DNA of 62,172 nt, filler included, from Sphacelaria rigidula (lineage: Eukaryota), in the NCBI GenBank assembly GCA_964200075.2. It is 11 parts of 11 records of this genome, joined end to end, with 100 filler letters (N's around TTAATTAATTAA, not from the genome) between each part and the next. Parts side by side here need not be neighbours in the genome. Positions count along the whole stretch, not along the records: positions 50,953 to 56,512 come from CAXNAA020026326.1; positions 56,613 to 62,172 come from CAXNAA020026327.1; 9 more parts are not named here. One strand, 5' to 3'. Below the pieces are notes generated by a model, which had not been told where the DNA came from, ran no database searches, and saw only the letters and a list, made by a program, of their open reading frames with translations. Numbering within the stretch: the first letter of the stretch is position 1; the number at the start of each line of letters is the position of its first letter. Below are positions 51,480-62,172 of the stretch, in pieces. The position numbers and the translations under genes were made by a program.

Positions 51480-53368
51480 ATCTTGAAAGAGATCGAGAGA
51501 AAAACGGTAAGGAAGGGGGGATGGAGGAGTAAAGAGTGACGGGTAAAGTACTTGTATTGCTGGTATTCGGAGTCCGTAGCGATATGACGAGAATAGAGTT
51601 CAAAAATAAATGCAATGGAGTTGGACTTTACCGTTTGGCAAGAGGAAAAGTAGAAAGGGAAGGAGAACACTTCCGAGTCACGCTAAAACAAAGCTCGAGC
51701 AAGGAGTGGGGAAGGATAGAAACAAGTAAGGTGTCGGCGAGGGTTAGAAGAGTAGGATGGAGAGTATTCATCGCTAACGGAACAACATACCTGGGACGTA
51801 GTCCACTGGTAAACAGAGGGGGAGGGAGGCAAGAACAGGTAAGTGCCCGGAAGGGGAAGGGGCAGGGACATAGCGGCCCGAAGCAAATAGACGAATACCA
51901 TCGTAGAAACGGGAATAGCAATCCAGCAAGGGGAATTAGAAGTAAAGGCGACGGATAGAATACAGTAGACAGCACGAAAGTAGAAAACATTTCGAAAAAG
52001 AAGTTGGAAATAGGATCGTAGAACGTGTGTGGATTCGTCATAGACAAGCGCAAATAATGGAGATAGGTCGAACAAGTAATTAAACGCAACGTGGGTACAG
52101 TAGGAATCCAAGGGGCAAGAGGGGGCGGAAATAGGGTGCAAGGTTGAAGAGTACGCATGGATGGGGGAAAAGCGGAAGGGACAGAAGTCCAAGAGCAGGG
52201 GAGGGGGGGGAGTAGGATTTTCAGTCAAGGAATACCTGTGTGACAGTATAGAACAGATCGACGACACGAAAGTCGACGAGAGCATATGGACAAGGGTACC
52301 AGCAGAGCGGGGAACGAGGGACTTCTTCGTGGGGAACATCTATTTGCCCCCAGAACCGAAGAGTAGGATGAAGGATATACAGCGGAGGTTTGGAGAGATA
52401 ACAGCAGGTGTACATGAGCATAAAATGCAAGGAGAAGTGATGTTAGTGGGAGATTTTAATGCAAGGGTAAGAAGAGCAGGTCAACCGGATGATATCATTG
52501 GGCAATACGGGGAAGGTAAGAACACGAATGGGGTAGAAATGCTGAAGTTACTCGAGCATAACGAGATGAAGACGCTGAACGATACAGCACACAAGCTAGA
52601 GACGCAATGGGCATGGACTAGGATATGTGAAGACAAGAAGTAATGGTCCGTTCCTGACTATAGTGGTAGAGTATTGAAGTAGTGAAAAAATTGAAGTACA
52701 TGTGTGCTCGGAGGACGGGAGAACTACATATTATTGCCTAATATGGACAGAAAGCCAACAGACGAGAGCTACGAGTAAAAGGAATAGGCGAGGTAGGAAG
52801 TTGTACTAATGAATCGATAAACTAAATATAGAAGAGAAACGGGAAGAGTTCCAAGAGGAGATGACCCAGAATGCAGTGAAATTTACGAGCTGTTGGAACG
52901 CGTAGGTACAGTTGATACCGAAATGGAAAGTAATCGGGCAGGAGCGAAGATTATAGAAGGACGGAAGCAGTTGGTGAAGAGCACAGCGAGTAAAGTCATA
53001 GGAAGAAGCTGATCGTACGCAACAGAGTAGATTAATGGTGGGATGAGGAAGTGAAGGAGGCCATAAGAGTAAGGAGAGAGGCCCACCCGAGATGAATGTC
53101 GAGCAAAAGTATGGTAGGATGGGAGGAGTACACTAAAGCTCGGAAGAAGGTAAAAAAGACGGTACAGAAGAAAAGGAAGGGAGCGTGGGAAGATGTGGTG
53201 AATGAAGCAAATGAAGATTTCGATGACGGGATGAAACAAATGTGGGTAGAGATAGAAGGGATAACAGGAAACCAGGCAGGGGAAATATACAAGGAGATAG
53301 CCACACGCCGAGCAAAGAACGGTAAAATGGTCAGTAGTCCGAAGGGGGAGAGAGAAGTGCTAGTCGAG
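51480..53368 (+). mobile_element. Degenerate LINE, 5' part with AP endonuclease
   Basis: GWMGEKRKG...GGVGFSVKEY...ESIW...VGNIYLPPE...LVGDFNARV...NGVEMLKLL, then a frameshifted WWDEEVKEAI region; homologous to 4100-5430 on the minus strand; ends before RT. Confidence 0.9.
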
Positions 53369-53589
53369 CGCTCTGTGACAATAAGCTGCTTCGGGGCGAG
53401 GCTGGTACCATGCTGGGGGACCACGTAGAAAACTCTGATGTTACTTTTAGTGTGGAAGTGTGTGTTTCTTTGTTCCTTGTTTTGTTATGATGCTGCTCCC
53501 TCTCTATGGTCTGTTCTCGCTCTATTTGCGTGATTCTCCTTTTGTCGAGCTTGCTTCTGTAATATTGTGACCGCGCCTGGATTCCCATT

Positions 53590-54310
53590 GGCGGGGAATC
53601 AGTTAACCCCTGTGGAACCTGACCTGCAGAACGATCAATGAGGCTGGTGAAGAATGGCGTATCTGGCGTCTGCACAAAACAGTGGCTTCATGTTGCTGAA
53701 AATCCGCGTATGTAACCGCAGGGTTATGAGGAAGACCGAAAGTTTCATCCATCCAAGCTATTTTCAGGTGCAGGATGCGCATTAGGTAATGCACATCTGA
53801 TCTAGCAAGTAGTACGGGTCGCCGTAGAGAGCTTTCAACAGGATGCGGCGACCGGTGGGCCGTCCGCCACCTGTGGCTTTGGATGATATTGTTGTCTCCA
53901 TCACCTTGCCACACAGCCCTTTGTGGTCGGGGTGGGCTGCGATCCCCCTCTTTGTTGCAGACGGCAAATTCTCTTCGAAGGGTACGAGCGTTGCGGTGTA
54001 CATACTGTACATACAGTACAGTACAGTGCAGTACACCTCTCCGACTGTAGCAGCAGCTGCCGCTGCATACTCCCTTGCACGTTCTGGACACTTCTCGGCT
54101 ACCGAGATCAATTGCCTCTATACTGCTTCTTCATCCCCGTCCATTACATACATGTTCACAGTGTCCTGCAAGGCATCGACAAGGGGATAGGCGGAATTCA
54201 CGACGATAGCTCCTTCTGTCCTTCCACGACCCAGTTGGATTCAGTACCTGATGAAAATGACCACATTGCGGCATGTACACTCTTTCCCGTCTTTTCCCCC
54301 TCCACCCTAT
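53590..54310 (-). pseudogene. Decayed coding-like segment, possibly a transposase remnant
   Basis: Protein-like stretches broken by stops and frameshifts (SAYPLVDALQDTVNMY; KGLCGKVME; ILLKALYGDPYYLLDQ; LKIAWMDETFGLPHNP). No motif firmly recognised. Confidence 0.3.
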
Positions 54311-55176
54311 GTTAGTGTAATCACTCCGTTTTAGTGTAGGCTGGCGACCCAAAAACACATCCGGGAAATCCCGGGAGCCCTACACTGAATGCAAGCAATA
54401 CGAGAAACCGTCCCCCGAGCATCCGGGATTTGCATACCTGGGAAGGCTTACCTGGGCCAGAGATAGGGCCCCCACGCGATCTTGGCAGTAACATTAAACT
54501 CGGTAACAATCCCCCCGCTGGTCGTTCAGGTCTGGCCGATAAATTTCGCCTCGCCGTGATTGGGCAGGTCGCTCCCTGACTTATTTTTATTATTTCATCA
54601 ACACATGGTCAATCCCGTGTTAGTGGGGGGTCGGTCCCAAAAGGGTTATTGTGCGGCAGCTTATCAATCAACCAATCAAATATGTTTCTCGTTTTCGCAC
54701 ACAAGTTTTGCCATGTGAATACGACTCTTCCCTTCACGGTTCTTGGAAGCTTTTGACTTGACCAATGCTCTTTATTCCGAATCTGCATCCTTGAACAGTC
54801 CCGCGAGTTTTTGTGGAGGATGGTCTTCGTTGTAGGCGTAGATAGACGTGCATAGATGGATGCGACATGGACGTGCACAGGCAGCTAGGGACGGCTGACA
54901 CATTGGACTAGAGCCTCGAAGCCAAATAAATACGCGTACCGCATGCACTATTCGTTGTCGAGCGAACAGACCCTCCCTCCCCCTTCACGCTTTCATGGTA
55001 TGACTGACCTCCTCCTAACATACCGGTTGTTTGCTCGTCCATTGCTTTTTTATATCGTTTCCGGTCCTTTCCCTCCCTTGACATTTCTGTTTCTTGTTCT
55101 AATAGCAATGCACATCATATATGTATGTATACGCGCATGTGTGTGTTTCACTTTGTTTTTCACACGTATGTAAAAG

Positions 55177-55488
55177 GACTACAAGCGGAGAGCAGAGCTC
55201 CTCGGCACCGCTGCCCCGACCTCTACGATTACCGAAGACCCGGGGAAAGAATCGTCTCTCGCCGACGAAACCGACCGCCCCACCGCCCCAGCTTCGCCTG
55301 CTGCAGTCCGGTCGGAGTTGGGGTCCAAGAAGGGCATGGTAGAACGAGAGGCCCCTTGTAGCGGTGATACTGCTGGAGGCGCTGGCACGCCGCGCGATAT
55401 TTTTCGTGCGGAGAGCTTGGTGGCTGCTTCGTCGCCGGGGAGCGTGCCCATGGAAGATCGCCCTAAGATGCATCGGAAATATTACAAG
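55177..55488 (+). CDS. Probable internal exon of an unknown protein
   Basis: GC-rich open 312-nt block, aag|DYKRRAELLG...SVPMEDRPKMHRKYYK|gtacta, phase 0/0, T-rich tract upstream. Confidence 0.55.
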
Positions 55489-56454
55489 GTACTAGTTGTA
55501 TATGGATACTGATGTTGGCGTGCATATTAGCGGTAAGTGTTGAAGGACGTTGGTGCTGGCGTTGATGGTAAGTGGGTAAGGGTAAGGGCAGTGGGATTAG
55601 CGGTGGTGGTGTTGTATAACTAGTACTGAATTGTTTGAACCCTTTTGAGTATCATCTGCTGTGAACGAACATGACGTTTTGATTGTAAATCGGTGGATAT
55701 CCTGAGCGTCTACGTGTTGAAGTCAGAGTAGTAGTAGTGGTAGTAGTATTGAGATGTTTTGTGTCTGTTTTTAGCATCAGCGCGCCGTGTTGTGTAAGCG
55801 CTGATGGGTTGCTTTGATGTGATTGAGAGATCGATTCGTCGCACATTGACTGCGACAATCAATCGCTCATGAATTGCGATAGCCAATCAGATCAATCAAA
55901 TGAATCAAACCAATCAACCACTATAGGGGGTAACACATCCTTCCGCCTTTTTGTATTGTAATTGTAGACTAAACCCCAGTAGTGAGCTTTTCAGTACTAA
56001 AGTTAACTATTTCTTGGCGGCGGGGCAGCAGTGCTCGAGAGTGTTCGGGATTCAGAGCATTGGCAGCAGTGTTGGCCCTTTGCGCGCCAACAAATGTATA
56101 GCTTAGTCTGGCAGATGTTCCTGAGGTGATTGGACATCAAACGAATTCAACTGGTGAACGTACACCCCGAAAGTCTTGAGACGTGACAGTCGTGGTATAG
56201 AAGTGTTCATGTGGAGTAGTGTTGCGAGTTGCTGTATGTTGCAGGGTAACGCAGCAGGGGTTGGGTGCGTCTGTTTTGTTGGCCATTGGTTATGATTTTG
56301 AAGTGTAGTGCGGCGTGTAGCTTTTGCTGTGTTTTTTCTACATGTGTTTTTTTTTTATCGTGTATTTTATTTCGAATTGGTCATTTTCTTCGTCGCAGAC
56401 CGTTCCACAATGTTGTGATGTTGTGCTTCAATTCAAGCACTTACACAAGTTTTT

Positions 56455-56512
56455 CACAGGCACCGTAGGTAAAGTACCGTACCGAGCGTACCCCCGGTAT
56501 TTACCGGGGTAT
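56455..56512. mobile_element. End of a hAT-like non-autonomous element, cut by the contig end
   Basis: cacaggcaccgtaggtaaagtaccgtaccgagcgtacc is the reverse complement of the right end of 58764-59210 without the nested MITE. Confidence 0.8.
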
Positions 56513-56612
56513 NNNNNNNNNNNNNNNNNNNNNNNNNNNNNNNNNNNNNNNNNNNNTTAATTAATTAANNNNNNNNNNNNNNNNNNNNNNNNNNNNNNNN
56601 NNNNNNNNNNNN

Positions 56613-56730
56613 CTTGGTGGTTTGAGTGCAAGTTGGGTCCGGCGAAAACCCGGCGTGCTCCGTCTCAGCTTTGTAGGGATGCGAGGTCAATGGCCTTCTG
56701 ACTATGGCATGCATGATCACGAGTACACCC
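56613..56730 (+). mobile_element. LINE-like 3' tail fragment
   Basis: Aligns with 625-747. Confidence 0.6.
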
Positions 56731-57487
56731 AAAACGCGAACCAAATATACGGTATGGAATTGTGGATATTGGAGGATTTGCCGTCGCCGGCTCACGTGGT
56801 GTGCCCGAAATCTTCGCAGCGCTGAGGCGAAAAAACAGATCAATTACAGTAATGGCAATACGATTAGTTCGCGGGGGGAAAGTGTTGATTTACATCTCTC
56901 GAAGTGATCTGGGGCTCTTAGCTCCGCGCCCATTTGCCGGCCTGCCTGCAGTCTTCTCTCTTCTGGTGAAAATAAAAGACCGTTCTTCTTCTGGCTCTCT
57001 GTTCTGTTCGCGAATCCTGAAATCACGCCATTTGCAGCTGTAGAATTGTGTACCAGGGCACACATTCCGCCAACGTCTTCTTCAGTTTTGTAGCGGGTTG
57101 GTCATTCGTGATGGACTGGGCGAGTACAACGACTGATGATCAACCCACTTGTGTTGGAATTTTGTTTTTGTCACCGTCGCATAACCCAGTGCGACGGCGG
57201 TAAAAACTGGACAGGATCGACGTGCTGCTCCGACGGGAACGTGTGCACTGTGACAAGGAATGACAACTACTCCGAGGTGAGATAGCGGGAGAGAGGAAAA
57301 TCCGAACGATCCGTGGACCTGATTACGTTGTAGACCATTCGTGCGGCCGAATTCACAGCTTCGGTGTTTGGAATACATAAAAAAAGTTACTACTTCGGTT
57401 ATTATGAGCGAACGCACACCATTACTTTGACAAATGGACGCTACTGTATCCTCGAGACTGCTGCGGTAGCTCGATGATTATCCTCAC

Positions 57488-57810
57488 CCTGGATGTAGGC
57501 ACAAGTACGTGCCACTCATAGATACAGTGGCACTGCATGTAGGAAGCGATGTTGTGAAAAGTAATCGGCGTGTGCTTCATGCACGAATAAGCGCACAGTA
57601 TCGAGACCGCGGTCAAGTGCTCGTGCCTGTGGTATACCTCCACCGTCAAAACGAAGTAAGTTCGTGCGCGCGCGTGACGAGCGACATCCGACTCCAAATC
57701 GCTCAGCATATCAATGACATTGTTGGGGTTGGAGATGACGGCCGACATTGGAATCGGCGTGTTCTCAAAGGTCAAGAACGAGGAGCTAGCGTGGCACCCA
57801 CACGCCCACC
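57488..57810 (-). CDS. Candidate exon of an unknown protein
   Basis: Open 323 nt between a CAG acceptor and an AGG|gtgagg donor (FLTFENTPIPMSAVISNPNNVIDMLSDLESDVARH...HCIYEWHVLVPTSR); weak pyrimidine tract; no family recognised. Confidence 0.35.
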
Positions 57811-58104
57811 CTGCTTATCTGTGGGAGCGATGTCACTTTCCCAGCCCGGTGAAAAGCGTGTGGTGGTTCAATGACACGTTTTTTTTTTTTTCTATTATAT
57901 ATCGAAGTACTTGGAGTGACACTGCTTTTGGTATTGCTCATCCCATCTAGTCTTTCCGCCAGTTTCTTCGATATTTCTTCGATGTCCCTGAGCCTCGAAA
58001 CATTCAGTAATACCACCCTGTGTCCGAACCAAAGAAATCGAATTAGCGTGCGATGGTAGTGCCTGGCAATGGTTACGATGGATATTGAAGCTTATGCTGC
58101 ACAT

Positions 58105-58309
58105 TGTAATGCGTGAGAGGACCGCGTGCTTGAAGGACCGCGCCGTAGTTCAAAATACCTTAGGACCGACGTTTTTCAAAAGCAATCGGGTCAGTCCCTG
58201 CAGGTACCACGACCCTGACCCTAACCCCAACACTAACCCTAACCCTAACCATGGGTGTGTTCAAATTCCGATGCGGTCCTCCAAGCACGCGGTCCTCTCA
58301 CGCATTACA
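58105..58309. mobile_element. TGT...ACA MITE (Ginger-like) with internal CCCTAA repeats
   Basis: Perfect 28-bp TIR TGTAATGCGTGAGAGGACCGCGTGCTTG; CACAT on both flanks (58100-58104, 58310-58314). Confidence 0.9.
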
Positions 58310-58763
58310 CACATCCTCGTATGAAGAAATCTAATACACACCACGCCAGGTCGAGGCCGGAAACGCGGCTCTAACCCGAAGGCAACTTTGCAACTCGGTT
58401 TCAAGACTTGTACTTTGGCATGTGTCGTTAGGAATCACATGAGTGTGATGAAGAGTTGTCGGCTAAGACCTGAAGATAGGAGAGTGAATATGAGATGAAA
58501 CAAGTTCCACCTTTTGTAACGAACAAACTTCTTGAGCTCATGGAAAAGATCCAACGCCGTTGTCGACACGTTTTTTTCTTGCCTCGCGATTGTCCATAAC
58601 CGAACTCCCGAAACTGAGCGGCCAAATCTAGATATAGTTCCCCTCCTCGTAATATCATGAATTTGGAGTGGAATCTTATGCGCGTCATGTGTCTCGATAT
58701 ATATGGGTATCTCGAGCGTGTTGGGAGTTACTCGAGATGACGTTCGATCAACAAGGAAGAATT

Positions 58764-59210
58764 CACAGGCACCATAGTGAACGTGGGTACCCGGTTCCGG
58801 TATTTGGGACATCTCATACCCTACCGATACCGGAATGTCGGACCTACGATACCTACGATACCAGGGTATTTCGAGATTTCAGTACCTACCGTACCAGCCA
58901 AATCCGGTATTTTGATATGTCATACGATACCTACGCATACCACGGTATGGGATACCCCGGTAAACACCGGGGGTACGCTCGGTACGGTGTAATGCGTGAG
59001 AGGACCGCGTGCTTAAAGGACCGCGCCGTAGTTCAAAACACCTCAGGATTGATGTTTTTCAAAACCAATCGGGCCAGTCCCTGCAGGTACCACGCCCCTG
59101 ACCAACACCAACCCTAACCCTAACCATGGGGATGTTCAAATTCCGATGCGGTCCTCTAAGCACGCGGTCCTCTCACGCATTACAACGGTACCTTACCTAC
59201 GGTGCCTGTG
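58764..59210. mobile_element. hAT-like non-autonomous element with 8-bp TSD
   Basis: TIRs CACAGGCACC / GGTGCCTGTG; GAAGAATT duplicated at 58756-58763 and 59211-59218; many internal tacc/ggta motifs. Confidence 0.88.
58988..59184. mobile_element. Second TGT...ACA MITE nested in the hAT-like element
   Basis: Same TIRs as 58105-58309; ACGG duplicated on both flanks; the empty site near 56475-56485 has one copy. Confidence 0.9.
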
Positions 59211-59459
59211 GAAGAATTTGACAGAGCTGTTGAGTAGATGTAAATCTGCCCCTTGATTGAAAATACATTTGATGTGTGGATCACGACTCGATTCGTCTGT
59301 GTCATTGAGATATGTGTGTGTGGCATCTCAAGTCCATTCTTGGGTTGGCCCAGCTCGTATGGGGGGGTTGTTACTCTCAGAAGCAGCAGTACTGGCAGCA
59401 GCAACTGGGCAACGTTGGGCAACGCTGATGACCCAGGCCGTAATCGCTAATGATAACTT

Positions 59460-59491
<32 letters not shown>

Positions 59492-59678
59492 CTCCCTCAC
59501 GACGCGCCTCTCCNNNNNNNNNNCGCAGAAGCCGGAGGAACGGGAGGGGGAACTGGGGAACGGGGGGCAACGGTGTAGACCCAGGCCGTAATCCCAAAAG
59601 ATAACTTTCCCCCCCCCCCCCCCCTTCCCGTGTTCGACTCGTGTGTCGCTTTTGCCTTCCCTCACCTTCAACATCCAG

Positions 59679-59821
59679 TGCCGCCCCTCCGTCCCATCAA
59701 CCCCTGCCCCCGTCCCGCCCGCCCCTTCTACCCCTCCTCCCGTCCCGTCCACCCCTTCCACCCCTGCCCCCGTTTCGCCCACTCCCTCTACCCCTCCCCC
59801 CGTCGGGGAGACACCCACAAG
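59679..59821 (+). CDS. Pro/Thr/Ser-rich linker exon
   Basis: atccag| CRPSVPSTPAPVPPAPSTPPPVPSTPSTPAPVSPTPSTPPPVGETPT+AG |gtaaat; the phase-2 end joins exon 60301-60835 in frame. Confidence 0.8.
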
Positions 59822-60300
59822 GTAAATTTCCCACCATTGCCATTGCCCTTACCCCAAATGCCCGAAACCCAGCTTTCGCTAGATCACTCACGTGTCATCG
59901 GTGTTGATATCATCTCCTTCAGTTTCTGATTGCGACTGAAGATTGATGTGGTTTCATCGGTTAGTCGGTCAGAGCGGGCTATGTTCATGGAGAAAGACAC
60001 AAGCGCATCAAACATCTATGCCCCCGTGGTTTTTCATGGGCTACAAGCGATGATGCTTTCGTGCAAATATGTGGAAATAAACACTCGGGTGTCGGGAGTG
60101 GACCTTCATGAAACTAGGAACGGTGCTTCATCTCGACAGCGCGACGCGTGATCAAGTCAATTGATCAAGCCGTACCGTGCTATACTGCGAGAACCCAACA
60201 GTCGTACGCCCCCTCCAACCCCTCTTTGGTTTCTGCTCTCGATAACCTCCTCTCGATACTCTGCGTGTTTCTGCGCTATACTATTTTTGGGCGATGGCAG

Positions 60301-60835
60301 CGGCTGCATGGTCGTACGCATCGAAGCCGAGGACCTTGCGATGTCAGGTGACTGGAGGGTCGTAGAGGACAGCGCCGCGAGCGGAGGGAAGTATATCGTC
60401 TGGTTGGGCTTGCAGCCGGAAGCAAACAATCGCCACGCCAGAGAAGGAGACCTCATTTCCACCTCTATCTACATCCCCACCGCTGGAACCTACTCTTTCA
60501 AATGGCGCATGCGCCAGCCTAAGGGCGTTGAAAGTGACAAGGGTAATGACGCCTGGTTAAACTTCCCCGACGCCGACCGTTACGGTCCAGCAGACACCAA
60601 CGAGAACTACGGAAGATTCATCAAGGTTTACGGCAGGGCTAGGGAAGGCGTCTTCAAATACTCGGGTACGGGAGAAGACTCACGTGGCCATACCGAGATA
60701 GCCATTGAATTCCGTCAGGCTGGTGAATATACGATGGAAATACGTGGGCGTTCTCACGGACTCGAGATCGACACAATCCTTGTGTTTGGACAAGGCCTCA
60801 GCGTGAAAGAAGCCGATTCCAAAACGGGCTGCTAG
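60301..60835 (+). CDS. Terminal exon encoding a carbohydrate-binding-module-like beta-sandwich domain
   Basis: VRIEAEDLAMSGDW...ASGGKYIVW...IPTAGTYSFKWRMR...GNDAWLNFPD...AGEYTMEIRGRSHGLEIDTILV, stop TAG 60833-60835; EAE...ASGG...GxY...ID pattern typical of CBM6/CBM35-like galactose-binding folds. Confidence 0.8.
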
Positions 60836-62121
60836 GTTATGATCTCTGTACGCAAGACTGTTCCTGCTGGGATTCCTCACTTCTCGTATGTACTGCTTTT
60901 GTGGCACTTTTTGCAGGGGAGTTTGAGGGAACCTTTTGTTGAGCTTTTCTTCCTTCAGCTCGTATGAAGACGCATGAATTGTATCATGTCTGGTGTTGCG
61001 GTATTTTGTGCCCTCTTCCCTCAGGTCATGCCTACCGTGTATTTCATCATCTTTGTTGATCGTGTCTTGCCTTTTGAAAACATGGTCTTCCGAAGAGTAG
61101 AACGTACGTCCCAGGGGTCTAACTGTAACACCAGCGTAAGAGTTTGGGCGGAACGTGGGTCTGAATCCCGGCAGATACCAAACAGGCTTGAACAGGGTCT
61201 TATTTCCGTCACTGAAAGTGTGGAAACGTTGGCGGTGAAGAACATTCAACGAGAATCGACGCGATGCGAAAGTACTGATCTATTCTCTGCAATGCCAAAC
61301 TGTGGGGCAGGAACTGGGAGAGAAGTTGGTTGATGCCTTGAGACTGATTCCGAGTAGCAAGAACGGCCGAAAGGTTATAAACGTATCTCGTAAACCAACC
61401 TTGTAGACGTCACAGCCATGGGAGAGATCATTAAGTTTCATCCAGATCGTGAGTAACGGCCCGAAAACGCCACCCAGGCGCGGTGCAATGGTCTTCCCCT
61501 TCATTTCGAACCTCCTGTCCGCACGCGTGATTCGTATCCCCTCCCGGGAACAATGGTATCGTGTCCATCCCCTAGGGATTGTTATCTTCTCTACCCGTAC
61601 GATTTGTAGCACGTCGAGACAGCAGAGATGGAACATGACCGAGTATTGTGAACCGGAAGAGTCGTGAGGCCGCTCGGCGGATAGGTGAAACACGATGGAA
61701 ACCCGGGCATAACCTTTCAGTAGGGATACCGCACGAGCTTGAGCAACAAATGATATTGAGAATAGGAGGCATTTTTAGCAGAAGCATGAGCACATTGTGG
61801 TATATTGAAGCGGCGTAATCTGGGGTTCGTTGTATACAAGAATTGGGTATTGGTTTCTCTACTCACAATAACGGCTCCTCGATGGTTGTCTTTCCGCCGT
61901 TGACTCTTGCACCTGGACCTCACCGCGCAAGATAGTATCATGGTTTGTGGCCTTAGGTGTCGTTATGGGTGCTTCGGTTAAAAGCAGTTTGCGCCGGGTC
62001 TGGCGCACATTAGAAGAGGAAGGACGACAAGTCTTGGCGACCTCATAGATCGGCGTTGTTAACCTCGGGAACAGATGCACCACATCTGAAAATGATGAGG
62101 CATCGTTGCGTCATTTTACGA

Positions 62122-62172
62122 TGGGGGGTGGGGGGGCGTACTCATTTGTTGCTTGCCTTAGTCATTTGACCA
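62122..62172 (-). mobile_element. 3' end of the same LINE family as 1905-5430
   Basis: G-run + gtactcattt...ttgccttagtcatttgacca matches 1895-1940. Confidence 0.75.

Noticed and set aside
58790..58987. Repeated tacgatacc/ggtacc motifs as a CRISPR-like array
   Set aside because: No constant repeat or regular spacers; they are subterminal motifs of the hAT-like element.
60860..62090. Possible decayed gag with a CKKCHKSS-H zinc knuckle on the minus strand
   Set aside because: Needs a frameshift, lacks the last Cys, and has no supporting LTR or pol motifs.

Overview
This is not one locus. It is eleven unrelated short contigs (5562 down to 5560 bp, length-sorted) joined by artificial 100-nt N44-TTAATTAATTAA-N44 spacers, so nothing can be inferred across a spacer. 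The DNA is repeat-rich and eukaryotic, with short exons in long introns. A brown alga or related stramenopile is my best guess (inference only). Recognisable spliced gene fragments: a class II fumarase exon, two exons of a 2-oxoglutarate/Fe(II) dioxygenase, two exons of a small secreted Cys-rich protein, two SLC26/SulP anion transporter exons joined by a GC-AG intron, and the last two exons of a protein with a Pro/Thr/Ser linker plus a bacterial-looking carbohydrate-binding-type domain. The rest is mostly mobile DNA: two decayed copies of one LINE family, an RTE-type LINE, two tRNA-derived SINE families, an LTR family arranged head-to-head and tail-to-tail, and many non-autonomous TIR elements, two with target-site duplications confirmed by an empty site elsewhere in the window. 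I found no CRISPR array, rRNA or intact tRNA gene, and I cannot support a new multi-gene system. The best leads are the inverted LTR array, a 2.2-kb TATGG...CCATA element with a 5-bp TSD, MITEs carrying telomere-like hexamers, and the linker-plus-CBM-like gene. All alignments were done by eye and repeat boundaries are approximate unless a TSD or splice site is given.
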